DNA of 64,000 nt, taken from assembly GCA_051546255.1 (NCBI GenBank), contig CP128817.1, positions 1,488,001-1,552,000 on the forward strand, read 5' to 3'. Under the pieces are notes generated by a model that was not told where the DNA came from, did not search any database, and saw only the letters and a program-made list of their open reading frames with translations. The stretch's first letter is position 1; every line of letters begins with the position of its first letter. The stretch comes from Meyerozyma guilliermondii (taxonomy: Eukaryota). The position numbers and the translations under genes are program-made. Of this stretch, positions 1-9,156 are shown piece after piece.

Positions 1-1387
1 AATAGACGAGTTCAACAACTCGCTTCCACTTCCATCTGATACCCATCCTCTATTGTCACCCGTAATTCGTTCAGACCCAGACAATGTCTACGAGCATGAT
101 ACTCCTTATGACAACCATGACTTGAAACCTGCGCCCCCTTCTAAACCAAAATCATTTTCGTATCTTGAAAGAATTCTTGCGTCCCAGGGTCAGAAGAAAC
201 AAGAAGCACCTGCTTACACTTTTGGTCCTCAAAGCTTCAAGACTCCTGCAAGCAAAGCACCGAAATCTCCAGTCGACCAAACATCGCCTTTTATTATCGA
301 TGATAAAGGAATTGAAAGTACTCACGAACTGCCACTTCCAGATATGCCTGTCGAACAGGAAACTACACCGCAACCCATTTCAAATGCTCCCGTGACAGCC
401 ACACCACCTTATCTTTCTGAAGACCCCAATGGACAAGACGAGCTTCCTGGCGAGACGGAAATCGGGAAAACAGACTTAGCAGATGGCATCGAAGAAGCTA
501 ATTTTGAAATTCCAAACGATTTAGACACCCAACAAGAGCATGATAATCTGACAGAATCACCTCAGGTACCCTCTTTTGGTAATACTTTAGCCAAAGATAT
601 GCTTTCACCACCCACCGCTCTGCTGGTGCACACTCCCAGTATTGATGGAACTCCAGAGCGTACGTTTCAAGACGTATTAGGATTTTCACCTAGTATAATT
701 CAAGAGGAGTACACTTTGATGGATGCTGTGAATGTTCCCGATATTATTGAACCTGATTCAGATGATGAAAATCCACATGAACCACCTTCACGGAATCTGC
801 CATCACCTCTGCCTGCTAGAGAATCTAGTTCTGAACGGTCTCCAACAACATTAAGTCATCGGACCCGGATTCCACATGCGTTGCTATCACTTCCAGACCA
901 AGAAGTCTCAACTGTCTCTTCTTTCCCCATTGCAATGATAAGAAAAATGGTCAAGTCTAGTCAGACTTCTGCATTTGAAAATCAAGTAAATCTTGTCCCT
1001 GCGGCGAGAAGAAAGGTTCGCTTCCGGCCAGAGATTTACCAGGAGATAGCAGCCAAGTCGAGCGAGTTCATCCTGGCAATGATGGAAGATCTCGAGGCGT
1101 ATGCAAGTCATAGATCAGCATCGCCCAATTACCAGATTACTATCAAAGACGTCTTGCTATACTTGCACCGGATCCGATTTATCAAGAACAACAGTGATGA
1201 GATCGACACAGTAGCAAGATTGGCTCATAGTGTGCTACCCACAGAGACGTTAATATCATTAGACAACAGCATTGCTGGTGCCGTGGAAGTGTCTTCTGGG
1301 CTGAAGTCTTCAGCTGAAAGTGACGACCTTTACGTGGACGATTTTTACGGCTCGGAGTCGCTGGACGACAATATTGCCGAATTGTAG
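1..1387 (+). CDS. CENP-T/Cnn1-like kinetochore protein with C-terminal histone fold (5' partial)
   Basis: Frame is open from position 2. Long S/P/E/D-rich disordered region, then FPIAMIRKMVK...SSEFILAMMEDLEAYASHR...ITIKDVLLYLHRIR, which matches the CENP-T C-terminal histone-fold pattern (DLEAYAxH...TI..DV). Confidence 0.6.
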   Translation, partial: IDEFNNSLPLPSDTHPLLSPVIRSDPDNVYEHDTPYDNHDLKPAPPSKPKSFSYLERILASQGQKKQEAPAYTFGPQSFKTPASKAPKSPVDQTSPFIIDDKGIESTHELPLPDMPVEQETTPQPISNAPVTATPPYLSEDPNGQDELPGETEIGKTDLADGIEEANFEIPNDLDTQQEHDNLTESPQVPSFGNTLAKDMLSPPTALLVHTPSIDGTPERTFQDVLGFSPSIIQEEYTLMDAVNVPDIIEPDSDDENPHEPPSRNLPSPLPARESSSERSPTTLSHRTRIPHALLSLPDQEVSTVSSFPIAMIRKMVKSSQTSAFENQVNLVPAARRKVRFRPEIYQEIAAKSSEFILAMMEDLEAYASHRSASPNYQITIKDVLLYLHRIRFIKNNSDEIDTVARLAHSVLPTETLISLDNSIAGAVEVSSGLKSSAESDDLYVDDFYGSESLDDNIAEL

Positions 1388-1429
1388 CATAAATTTGTAC
1401 ATTATTCATTCACATCTATTTACATCAAC

Positions 1430-3541
1430 TCACGTAGCCAGATCCCATTCCTGTGCGAGTTGTGATTGGTTTCCCTTGACAAGCTTGAATAGTTCAAAGA
1501 TTGCAGCTGGTGTTACACCCTGAATTCTTCTTGCTTGTCCAATGGTTTTTGGTTGGATTGTGTTCAACAAATGGCACACCTCGTAGGAAATTTTAAGGTT
1601 GCCCTCATTATTGTAGACAAAGTTTTTCGGTAAAAGTAAGTTTTCGTCTGCTTTGTATGCCCTTAAATGAGCCTCTTCCTTCTTCATCCATGGCTCGTAT
1701 GTGCTCTCCACATCTATGCGATTGAGCAACCGTGGGTTGATAGAATCAAAAACTGGTGGAAGGTCTCCGACAATTTGAGGTAAAGATTTCATGAGAAGTT
1801 CAAGATCAACGTCTCGATATGAAAGAAGTTTCCACCCGTCAACCACAGCGGTACGGTTCACATCCAGCTCTGTGCCTTTCAACGCAGGAGCCCATCTCGC
1901 ACCCGAAAGAGAAACCGATTGCAAAAAACTTTTTATAGCGTCAAAATTGTTCATCTCATTCTTGTAATGTTTGTAGCGTTCTTCGCTAACCACACCTGCA
2001 AGATACCCTTTTTCTGTCAACCTTTTGTCTGCGTTGTCAGATCTTATGGAGATCCTGAACTCTGATCTCGATGTGAACATCCTATAGGGTTCTTCAACAC
2101 CTTTGGTGATCAAATCGTCTACTAGAACTCCAAGGTATCCATCTGACCTTTGAACTATCAATGGCGGCTTACCAGCAAGAGAAAGCCCGGCATTTATACC
2201 TGCCAAACATCCCTGAGCCGCGGCTTCTTCATAGCCTGTGGTTCCATTGATTTGACCTGCGAGGTACAACCCGTCCACAAGTTTTGTCTCCAACGTCTGT
2301 CTCAACTCTCGAGGATCCACAAAGTCATACTCCACACCATACCCTGGTTGAACCATTTTGACGTCTTCGCAGCCTGGCATAAGCTTGACCAACTTTTCTT
2401 GGAGCTCATGAGGCATGGTGCAAGAAATACCATTCGGATAGACTAGATCTGTGTCCAATCCCTCCGGCTCCAACCATACCATATGGCTCGTTTTTTGAGG
2501 AAACTTGATGATTTTCGACTCTATAGAGGGACAATAGCGGGGTCCCTTGACGGTTTCTTTAATATGGATGGACTTGTCAAGGTTGTCAGCTATCAACTTG
2601 TGCATTTCTGCTGTGGTGAAGGTGATGTGGCACGAAACCAACTGGTCTTGAAGGTCAACCTTCAGGCTCATATATGACATTGGAGCTGGTGGGTAGTCTG
2701 ATTTTTGCTCGGAAAGACCTTCATAACGAATAGTTCTGGATGATAAACGTGGAGGAGTTCCAGTCTTAAGTCTTCCCAATCTGAAGCCAGCCTCTTTAAA
2801 TGTCTTCGAAAGACCAAAAGTGGCATTTTCTCCCATTCTGCCCGCGGGAAAAGACTCAAGTCCAATGTGGATCTCTGCACTCAAAAAAGTGCCAGTGGTT
2901 ACAACGACTTTGGAGCAACTGAGAACCCTAGAGTCTCCGAGCACCACGCCAACTATACTTCCATATTTTCGTCCTGTGAAGTCAGAGGAGTTCGTTTCTA
3001 CGTCTTCAATAATGATATCTTTGACCTCGGCTTCTAGGACCGTCAAATTCGGGTAGTTGAGAATGGTTTTTTGCATCTCTTTCAAATATATGCTTCTGTC
3101 GATTTGAGCTCGTGGTCCATGGACAGCAGCCCCTTTTGAGGCATTGAGGATCTTGAAGTGAATTCCAGCCTTGTCAGTGATTTTCAGAGCTACTCCATCC
3201 AAAGCATCAACTTCTCGAAGAAGGGTCCCTTTGCCTACTCCGCCCATCGAAGGATTGCACGAAGCGGTTCCTATCTTTGAAATGTCTGGGGTTATGAGTG
3301 TAGTAGGTGTTCCTGAGCGAGCGGAACCAGTTGCAGCCTCGCAACCAGCATGACCACCGCCTATAACCACAACAGGATGAACTTCGGCTTCTGCTAGTCT
3401 CGTTCGAAGTTCACTGTTTAGCATGATTCCTCGCCTTTGTGTGGATGTAGAGGTAGCGGGAGCGGTAAGGAGTGTACTCCGACGAGAAACATGCCCCATT
3501 AGTCGCCCTAGGCTCTTTTTTGTGGTAATGCATTTCATCAT
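1430..3541 (-). CDS. MTO1: Mitochondrial tRNA wobble-uridine modification enzyme (MnmG/GidA family)
   Basis: [17 protein letters not shown] motif, [63 protein letters not shown]. First ATG at 3541 (track start is TTG). Basic N-terminal presequence. Confidence 0.97.
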   Translation of the reverse strand: MMKCITTKKSLGRLMGHVSRRSTLLTAPATSTSTQRRGIMLNSELRTRLAEAEVHPVVVIGGGHAGCEAATGSARSGTPTTLITPDISKIGTASCNPSMGGVGKGTLLREVDALDGVALKITDKAGIHFKILNASKGAAVHGPRAQIDRSIYLKEMQKTILNYPNLTVLEAEVKDIIIEDVETNSSDFTGRKYGSIVGVVLGDSRVLSCSKVVVTTGTFLSAEIHIGLESFPAGRMGENATFGLSKTFKEAGFRLGRLKTGTPPRLSSRTIRYEGLSEQKSDYPPAPMSYMSLKVDLQDQLVSCHITFTTAEMHKLIADNLDKSIHIKETVKGPRYCPSIESKIIKFPQKTSHMVWLEPEGLDTDLVYPNGISCTMPHELQEKLVKLMPGCEDVKMVQPGYGVEYDFVDPRELRQTLETKLVDGLYLAGQINGTTGYEEAAAQGCLAGINAGLSLAGKPPLIVQRSDGYLGVLVDDLITKGVEEPYRMFTSRSEFRISIRSDNADKRLTEKGYLAGVVSEERYKHYKNEMNNFDAIKSFLQSVSLSGARWAPALKGTELDVNRTAVVDGWKLLSYRDVDLELLMKSLPQIVGDLPPVFDSINPRLLNRIDVESTYEPWMKKEEAHLRAYKADENLLLPKNFVYNNEGNLKISYEVCHLLNTIQPKTIGQARRIQGVTPAAIFELFKLVKGNQSQLAQEWDLAT

Positions 3542-3567
3542 GGTGATAACCAAGATGCTCGAATTTT

Positions 3568-3583
3568 ATTTTTCACGCTCATC
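3568..3583. promoter_or_regulatory. RRPE-like (ATTTTTCA) plus PAC (GCTCATC) elements in the MTO1/CMS1 divergent promoter
   Basis: ATTTTTCA at 3568-3575 and GCTCATC at 3577-3583, about 30 nt upstream of the ribosome-biogenesis gene CMS1. Confidence 0.55.
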
Positions 3584-3612
3584 ATTTCTCTTTTTAAAGC
3601 ACTCAAAGTACA

Positions 3613-4461
3613 ATGACTACCAGCGCTGGCGGAGACGACTTGGACGATGGGCTAGAGTACAACGTGAGCCTTTCAGAAGATGAGGGAACTGCTGTCAACA
3701 CAGAAGAAATAAAACTCCCTTTAGGGTCAGCTGATGATAACGATGAAGCCGATGAGCCTTCTTCAGGTAACAAACGAAAACACAAATCTTCTGCTTTGAA
3801 GGAGAAGAAACGTATTAAGATGGAAACAGACATGCAGACAAAGAAAAACTTGTCGAAGGAGGTATCGCCAGAGATTATTGCAGACTTTGTCAACTCCAAG
3901 ATCTCACAGAAAAATCCAGATTTGTCTTCCTTGGAGTTATCCGAGTTGTACTTTACAAAAACCGATTTCAGATCAACTTCCGACTTTACCGATGAGCGCA
4001 CATTAAATAACCTCGGCGATTTCATCTTACTGCGCTTCAAAAACATGCTTCCAGCAGGCTCAAAAAAGTCCAAGAAAAGCCTAAAATCTGAAGAACAAAA
4101 AGACCAAGACGAACGCAAGTTCATTGCCGTGCTCTCCATGTCTGCACTTCGTGCTTGTGATGTCCATCGAGCCACAAGAGACTTATCTGGCTCTTCCCTA
4201 AAACTCATTAATAAGAACAAGCTAGACGTCGACCTCAAGTTGGTGAAAACTACAAGGTCTCGAGTCCTCTGTTGCACACCAGGAAGACTCGCCAAGGTTC
4301 TCGCCTCAGAAGATGCTCCGCTTAAAAAGTCTGAAGTGAAAATTATCATCTTGGACAATTCATACTTGGACAAAAAGCTACAAAACGTTTGGGATATCAA
4401 GGAAACCACTGAGGTTTTGAAAGAATTGACCCTTTCTGGCTCAAAGGTGTACCTCTATTAA
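3613..4461 (+). CDS. CMS1: 90S pre-ribosome factor Cms1 (degenerate helicase-like)
   Basis: DDLDDGLEY N-terminus, PDLSSLELSELY, LSMSALRACDVHRA, TPGRL, IILDNSYLDKK. Confidence 0.88.
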   Translation: MTTSAGGDDLDDGLEYNVSLSEDEGTAVNTEEIKLPLGSADDNDEADEPSSGNKRKHKSSALKEKKRIKMETDMQTKKNLSKEVSPEIIADFVNSKISQKNPDLSSLELSELYFTKTDFRSTSDFTDERTLNNLGDFILLRFKNMLPAGSKKSKKSLKSEEQKDQDERKFIAVLSMSALRACDVHRATRDLSGSSLKLINKNKLDVDLKLVKTTRSRVLCCTPGRLAKVLASEDAPLKKSEVKIIILDNSYLDKKLQNVWDIKETTEVLKELTLSGSKVYLY

Positions 4462-4474
4462 AGTGTATTGTATA

Positions 4475-7111
4475 TTAGATCAGTAAAGGTAAAAATACAT
4501 GTTTACTGGATGCATAGAACTCAGAGACATCTTTCTTGATTTTGTCGACTGCTTCCTCAGAGATGCTGATACCTGCTTCGGCGATATATGAAGAGGTAGA
4601 CGACTCTTCGTGAACAAGAGACAACAAGAATTGTATATCAGTAAGTAGCCTGATACAATCTGGTTCATTTTTCGAAGCTTTGTGTGTTCCGTTGGTTTCT
4701 GCTTCGTTTTTGTCAGCTGGTTCCTCCTCCTTCTGAGCCGAATCATTTTTAAGCTTTTCTACCAATTTCTTGATTAGCTTGCTCACAATCCACTCTCTCT
4801 TGAGCTTCGTGAATTCGCTTTTGACAACTGAGCTTTGATATAATTGTATGTTTTCGTATTCGCTCGTTTCTCTTTGATCTGTAGGGGAAAGGAACACAGA
4901 AGATAAGTGGTATATCAAACCGGTAAATTGGTTTGATGGACCACAACGGGCAGACTTAGTATTCAAGTAACCATTGAGCCCTTCCTGAAATTGAGTTGCT
5001 ATTGGGTGTTTCAAACTCTGTTCAAAGATGAGCGTTATATTCTTTCGACATGAAGCTTCAATCTTGTTAGTGATACTTGACGAGTCGTGGGTATTTGCAT
5101 CTGGAAGACGAGACAGCAATAATCTCAAATTCTCTTCCAATGAAAGAAGGATGCGAAGAAAATCGTACCTCGTATTTATGTCATTCTTCTCGTCCTGAAC
5201 TTCAAAGATCGTAACCACATAGTCAACAAACTTTTCTATTCTTGTCCATAATTTTTGAAGGATCCCGTCCCTCAAAGAATTAACCTTTTTGTTTACGAGG
5301 CCACTGAATGGTTTAGAAGCGTCAAACTCGTTGAGTTGTTCAGCCAAATCAAGTAGGTTGTATCTTGATTCACCGTGCACAACTTTCTCATCAGAAGTAA
5401 GTCCGAGTAAATTGTGAAGTAGACCCGCTTTGGTGAACCATTGTTCAACCTGTGCACTTCCTAGGGCAGCCGATTTGGGAATAAAAAAGGTCGAAGTCGC
5501 AATATCATGCACAGTCTCCAAGTACATTTCAACACTGTTGTCTAGCATGTCAAATAATGGTTGACTAAAAAGCGCTGAATGAGTCGAATTGTGCGACAAA
5601 GTAGTCAAAGTTGAACATAGTCCACCCTTTGGTTCATCATTGGAATCTTGCATCAAACGGTTCAAGTGTTCATCATACACTGTACTTATCGATGATCCCA
5701 CATTCTGTAATACTGAAGACAACAGACCATTGTCTTGCAATAGTCTGACTATATTGCATTTAGCGCCCTGACCATAACAGAAACGACACAAATTGGTCAA
5801 ATCAATGAAGAAATTATAGCACAATTTCTGTGCTTGAATGATCAGAGTCTTTTCTTCGCTCAAAGAAGATTGTGCTTGCTCTAAAAGACTGTCACAGAGA
5901 GTAGACACCAGCTTCACTGAGGTCACTACCACATCGTTGACTGCCTCAAGAGATGATTCGGGTATACGAACCTCATATAGTTGATGGTTGAACTTGACAG
6001 TATCGGTTTCAAACCAGTTGCGGAACCCAATAACGTCAGCAGCCGACCAGTTTTCAGTGTTTTGTTTCAATGTGGAAACAAGATTGCTTCTTAGCGTAGG
6101 GGAATCGAAGTATGTCTTGATGTAGTTGCAAGTGTTCTCAATGTACAAGAATAGCTTCAAGAAATCATACTCAATATTGCTGTCCATACTTGAGCTTGGA
6201 ACAGGATTGCTGATAAGGGAGCTGACATATGAGGTCCTGATTTCAGCAAATTTCTCAAATACCTTGGTTATAGTGTCAAGCTCTGGATCTTTCAGATTCA
6301 AGATAACATAGGCACACAATATACTCACGAGAGGTTGAACCTGCCTTGGTGGACCATTACTATGCAATTGCGAATCTTCGATATCAACGTCTTCTAAGAT
6401 TATCTCAGAAAGTTCTTCCAAACCAATATCTATGCTCATGTTATAATGACGGATCAAGCTGTGAAGTGCGGTGCCTTGAGATCCAAAGCTTCCCACCCAA
6501 GAATTATGTTCAGCAATAAGAACCTCCAAATGCGACTTGAACCTTGATTTAAGGTAGTCAAACTTTCCTTTGAGGTAGATATCCGCTTGAAAAATATCAG
6601 CAAATACCGATTCAATCGTAAAGTAGATTTTGCTGTAGTTGATGTATGCTTGAAGTTGAGAGGTCTCGTCAATAACGCTGTTGTCAACCTTGGTCTTTAG
6701 TCCTAGGTCAATTGACACTAGGCGATCATAGATCAAGTTTTTGAGGATCGTAGTTTTGCCATTCACTCGTGATTTCTGGGCATGGATTTTTCTCACATCG
6801 GAATCAAATCTTGCAAATTGATTTGTGTTCGTAAAGTCTTTGAAATTCAGCTTGCTATACGCCAAAGACGATAACCTTTCGTTGACCTCCATGCTATCTC
6901 GATACATAGTTCTTATGTCTTCTGCGATTTCCACAAGGTCTCGATACTTGTGACCTACGAGTTTGAAAAGGTCATTTTTTGCCCGTTCCGCATCGTCTCT
7001 ATAGTTTTTACTGAGTTTCTGGATCTGGGGAATCAGATATTGTGTGAATATGTCTTCAACGTTGCCTGGCGGTACGTCAACAGACGTGGAGATGGACGGC
7101 TGATCGCTCAT
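4475..7111 (-). CDS. COG1: COG complex subunit 1-like protein (Vps51/Cog1 N-terminal coiled coil)
   Basis: N-terminal IFTQY.IPQIQKL...KNDLFKLVGHKYRDLVEIAEDI is the Vps51/Cog1 signature. 878-aa helical protein. Confidence 0.65.
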   Translation of the reverse strand: MSDQPSISTSVDVPPGNVEDIFTQYLIPQIQKLSKNYRDDAERAKNDLFKLVGHKYRDLVEIAEDIRTMYRDSMEVNERLSSLAYSKLNFKDFTNTNQFARFDSDVRKIHAQKSRVNGKTTILKNLIYDRLVSIDLGLKTKVDNSVIDETSQLQAYINYSKIYFTIESVFADIFQADIYLKGKFDYLKSRFKSHLEVLIAEHNSWVGSFGSQGTALHSLIRHYNMSIDIGLEELSEIILEDVDIEDSQLHSNGPPRQVQPLVSILCAYVILNLKDPELDTITKVFEKFAEIRTSYVSSLISNPVPSSSMDSNIEYDFLKLFLYIENTCNYIKTYFDSPTLRSNLVSTLKQNTENWSAADVIGFRNWFETDTVKFNHQLYEVRIPESSLEAVNDVVVTSVKLVSTLCDSLLEQAQSSLSEEKTLIIQAQKLCYNFFIDLTNLCRFCYGQGAKCNIVRLLQDNGLLSSVLQNVGSSISTVYDEHLNRLMQDSNDEPKGGLCSTLTTLSHNSTHSALFSQPLFDMLDNSVEMYLETVHDIATSTFFIPKSAALGSAQVEQWFTKAGLLHNLLGLTSDEKVVHGESRYNLLDLAEQLNEFDASKPFSGLVNKKVNSLRDGILQKLWTRIEKFVDYVVTIFEVQDEKNDINTRYDFLRILLSLEENLRLLLSRLPDANTHDSSSITNKIEASCRKNITLIFEQSLKHPIATQFQEGLNGYLNTKSARCGPSNQFTGLIYHLSSVFLSPTDQRETSEYENIQLYQSSVVKSEFTKLKREWIVSKLIKKLVEKLKNDSAQKEEEPADKNEAETNGTHKASKNEPDCIRLLTDIQFLLSLVHEESSTSSYIAEAGISISEEAVDKIKKDVSEFYASSKHVFLPLLI

Positions 7112-7554
7112 AGTGACTGGCTTGTTGTCGCGAGTTTTCTACAGTGCATCCACACACCAGTGGTAGTGGTACCTGTGACAAAATTTAAAGAGAATGGTGT
7201 ATTAAAGTTAGGCATGTGGACTGGCTCTAACAGATTGAGTTCTAGGCAATACACAGTTGTCTAGTTTGCTTGAAAGCGAAAAATATCAGATTTATCAATT
7301 CTACATTCAAATCTACTTTCTCTTCCATCTAACTACTTCTAGGAAGTTACTTACTCTGCTTTTGTCTGCTTTCTCTCCTTTCTCTCCTTTTTCTTCTTTT
7401 CTTCTCTTCTTTTTTTGCCCATTTCCGCTCGCCTCAACCACGCATTCGGTATAGACTTTGCGCGCTTAGACCCGCTATAATTGCCTAATTGGGACACACG
7501 CTTAATTTTGCAAATTCTTTTGACATTCTTATCAGACTACTATTTTCACGGCCT

Positions 7555-8130
7555 ATGGGTGCCCCGGATGTTCCTAGAACGCGGTCGCGAACGGGGTGTT
7601 TGACTTGTCGACTGCGCAAAGTCAAGTGTGACGAATCTTCGTATCCCGTGTGCTCAAATTGCAAGCATAAGGACCTACCATGTTCATGGCCAGCCAGCAA
7701 AAAAGCCATTTACGAAACGCTTAGGGAAATCAAGTATATAGGAGGGAGGGAGGAGAATGCTAAGGGAAGAATAACTAAGGGAAAGGGAGCGGCAAAACCA
7801 AAAAATGAACATCTTTCAGTTGAACTGAAAAATCAGAGACACCCAAGTGAAATTTCCACAACCCCATATCAAACTACTTTTACGGATCCCACCTACAAAT
7901 ACGCACTTTATTCTGACTTTTCCACCCATCGACGGCCGTTTCACTTGGAACCACAAGTGGCTGCAACTGTTACACCAACTGTTGGAGAAGCGGTAAGTGC
8001 AAGTGTAAGTACCAGTGTTAGTGCAATATGGGCCGATAATAGTAAAAGTTCAATGTTGAACAAGATAGCATTACAGGAGGAGTGTGTGGAGGAACAGGTT
8101 GATTTTGAGGAAGGTGTGACGAAGGGGTAA
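7555..8130 (+). CDS. Short Zn(II)2Cys6 transcription factor (about 191 aa)
   Basis: RSRTGCLTCRxRKVKCDE..PVCSNCKHKDLPC, a six-Cys zinc cluster. First ATG at 7555. Confidence 0.8.
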   Translation: MGAPDVPRTRSRTGCLTCRLRKVKCDESSYPVCSNCKHKDLPCSWPASKKAIYETLREIKYIGGREENAKGRITKGKGAAKPKNEHLSVELKNQRHPSEISTTPYQTTFTDPTYKYALYSDFSTHRRPFHLEPQVAATVTPTVGEAVSASVSTSVSAIWADNSKSSMLNKIALQEECVEEQVDFEEGVTKG

Positions 8131-8455
8131 AGAGGAAACTGGAATGAGGAATGAAAAATGAAGAAAAAGAAAACTAATGTAATGGAAACATAAAGGATAA
8201 GGAAGAAAGAAGGTAATGAAACGTAAAGAAAAAGCTAGAAGAACTCATTCGTCATTTGTTTCATTTGTTTCTTTTGCATTTCTGCCTTCTCTTTTAACTC
8301 CTAGTCCGGATCACCTGACTTCCCATCTGGCCGGTATCGGTTATTACACAAAATACCGCACGCAAGTTTTTCGCATTCAGTTTATCACTACGTTATCAAC
8401 ACCACTTTTCTCCTGGCCAGTGCATTGAAATCACTTCAATTTGCTCGTGGTGTTC

Positions 8456-9061
8456 ATGACGTCGCTAGAAAACCATGTGGAGGACGCCCCATACTATCAA
8501 AACAACTCCAGGACATCGTACTACTCAAGCCATATAACCAAAGACCGAATGGAAAATTCGGTAGTTTCGCCCACTTCCGAGGCTGGATCCGACAATTCGA
8601 CACCTTACTACTCTGGAACCGCACCACCACAGCTGCAGCAGTTTTACCCACCTACTCATCAACTGAGCAGTCCCGATGATGCCCCAGAACCACCTCTCCC
8701 AGGGGCCCAGGTTCAACCCGCCGAACAGCCATTCTACGTCAATGCTAAGCAGTATCACCGTATTCTCAAGCGTAGAATTGCCCGTGCAAAACTTGAGGAG
8801 AATTTGAAGGTGGCTAGAACTAGAAAACCTTACCTTCATGAGTCTAGACACAAGCATGCCATGCGGAGACCTCGAGGCCAAGGAGGACGGTTTTTGACGG
8901 CGGCAGAAATCGCCGAAAAAGAACGGTTGGACAAGTTAAAGGAACAAGAACAAGCCAAGGGTTCAGTCGCTGGAGACGACAATCCGGTTGCTGGCGACCT
9001 GCATCCTGGAAATACCATCGCCAGCGACGAAACCGTCTTCCAGTCGTTGATTCAAGATTAA
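8456..9061 (+). CDS. HAP2: CCAAT-binding complex subunit (NF-YA)
   Basis: [24 protein letters not shown]...[26 protein letters not shown]. Start is ATG 8456 or 8549. Confidence 0.96.
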   Translation: MTSLENHVEDAPYYQNNSRTSYYSSHITKDRMENSVVSPTSEAGSDNSTPYYSGTAPPQLQQFYPPTHQLSSPDDAPEPPLPGAQVQPAEQPFYVNAKQYHRILKRRIARAKLEENLKVARTRKPYLHESRHKHAMRRPRGQGGRFLTAAEIAEKERLDKLKEQEQAKGSVAGDDNPVAGDLHPGNTIASDETVFQSLIQD

Positions 9062-9156
9062 CCCTCTCGCTGTGTAAATATGGGTTGAACGTTACGTTCC
9101 AGTTTTACTTCTCATAAAAAGTTTGTATATTTAACTTCAATGTATTATAATATTTT

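Noticed and set aside
3603..4409. 268-aa antisense ORF over CMS1
   Set aside because: In-register antisense shadow of a real gene, TTG start, no recognisable motif.
7154..7161. ACACCAGT, complementary to the telomeric repeat I recall for M. guilliermondii (possible telomerase RNA template)
   Set aside because: Single 8-mer without the terminal redundancy a template needs, and the intergenic space is too short.
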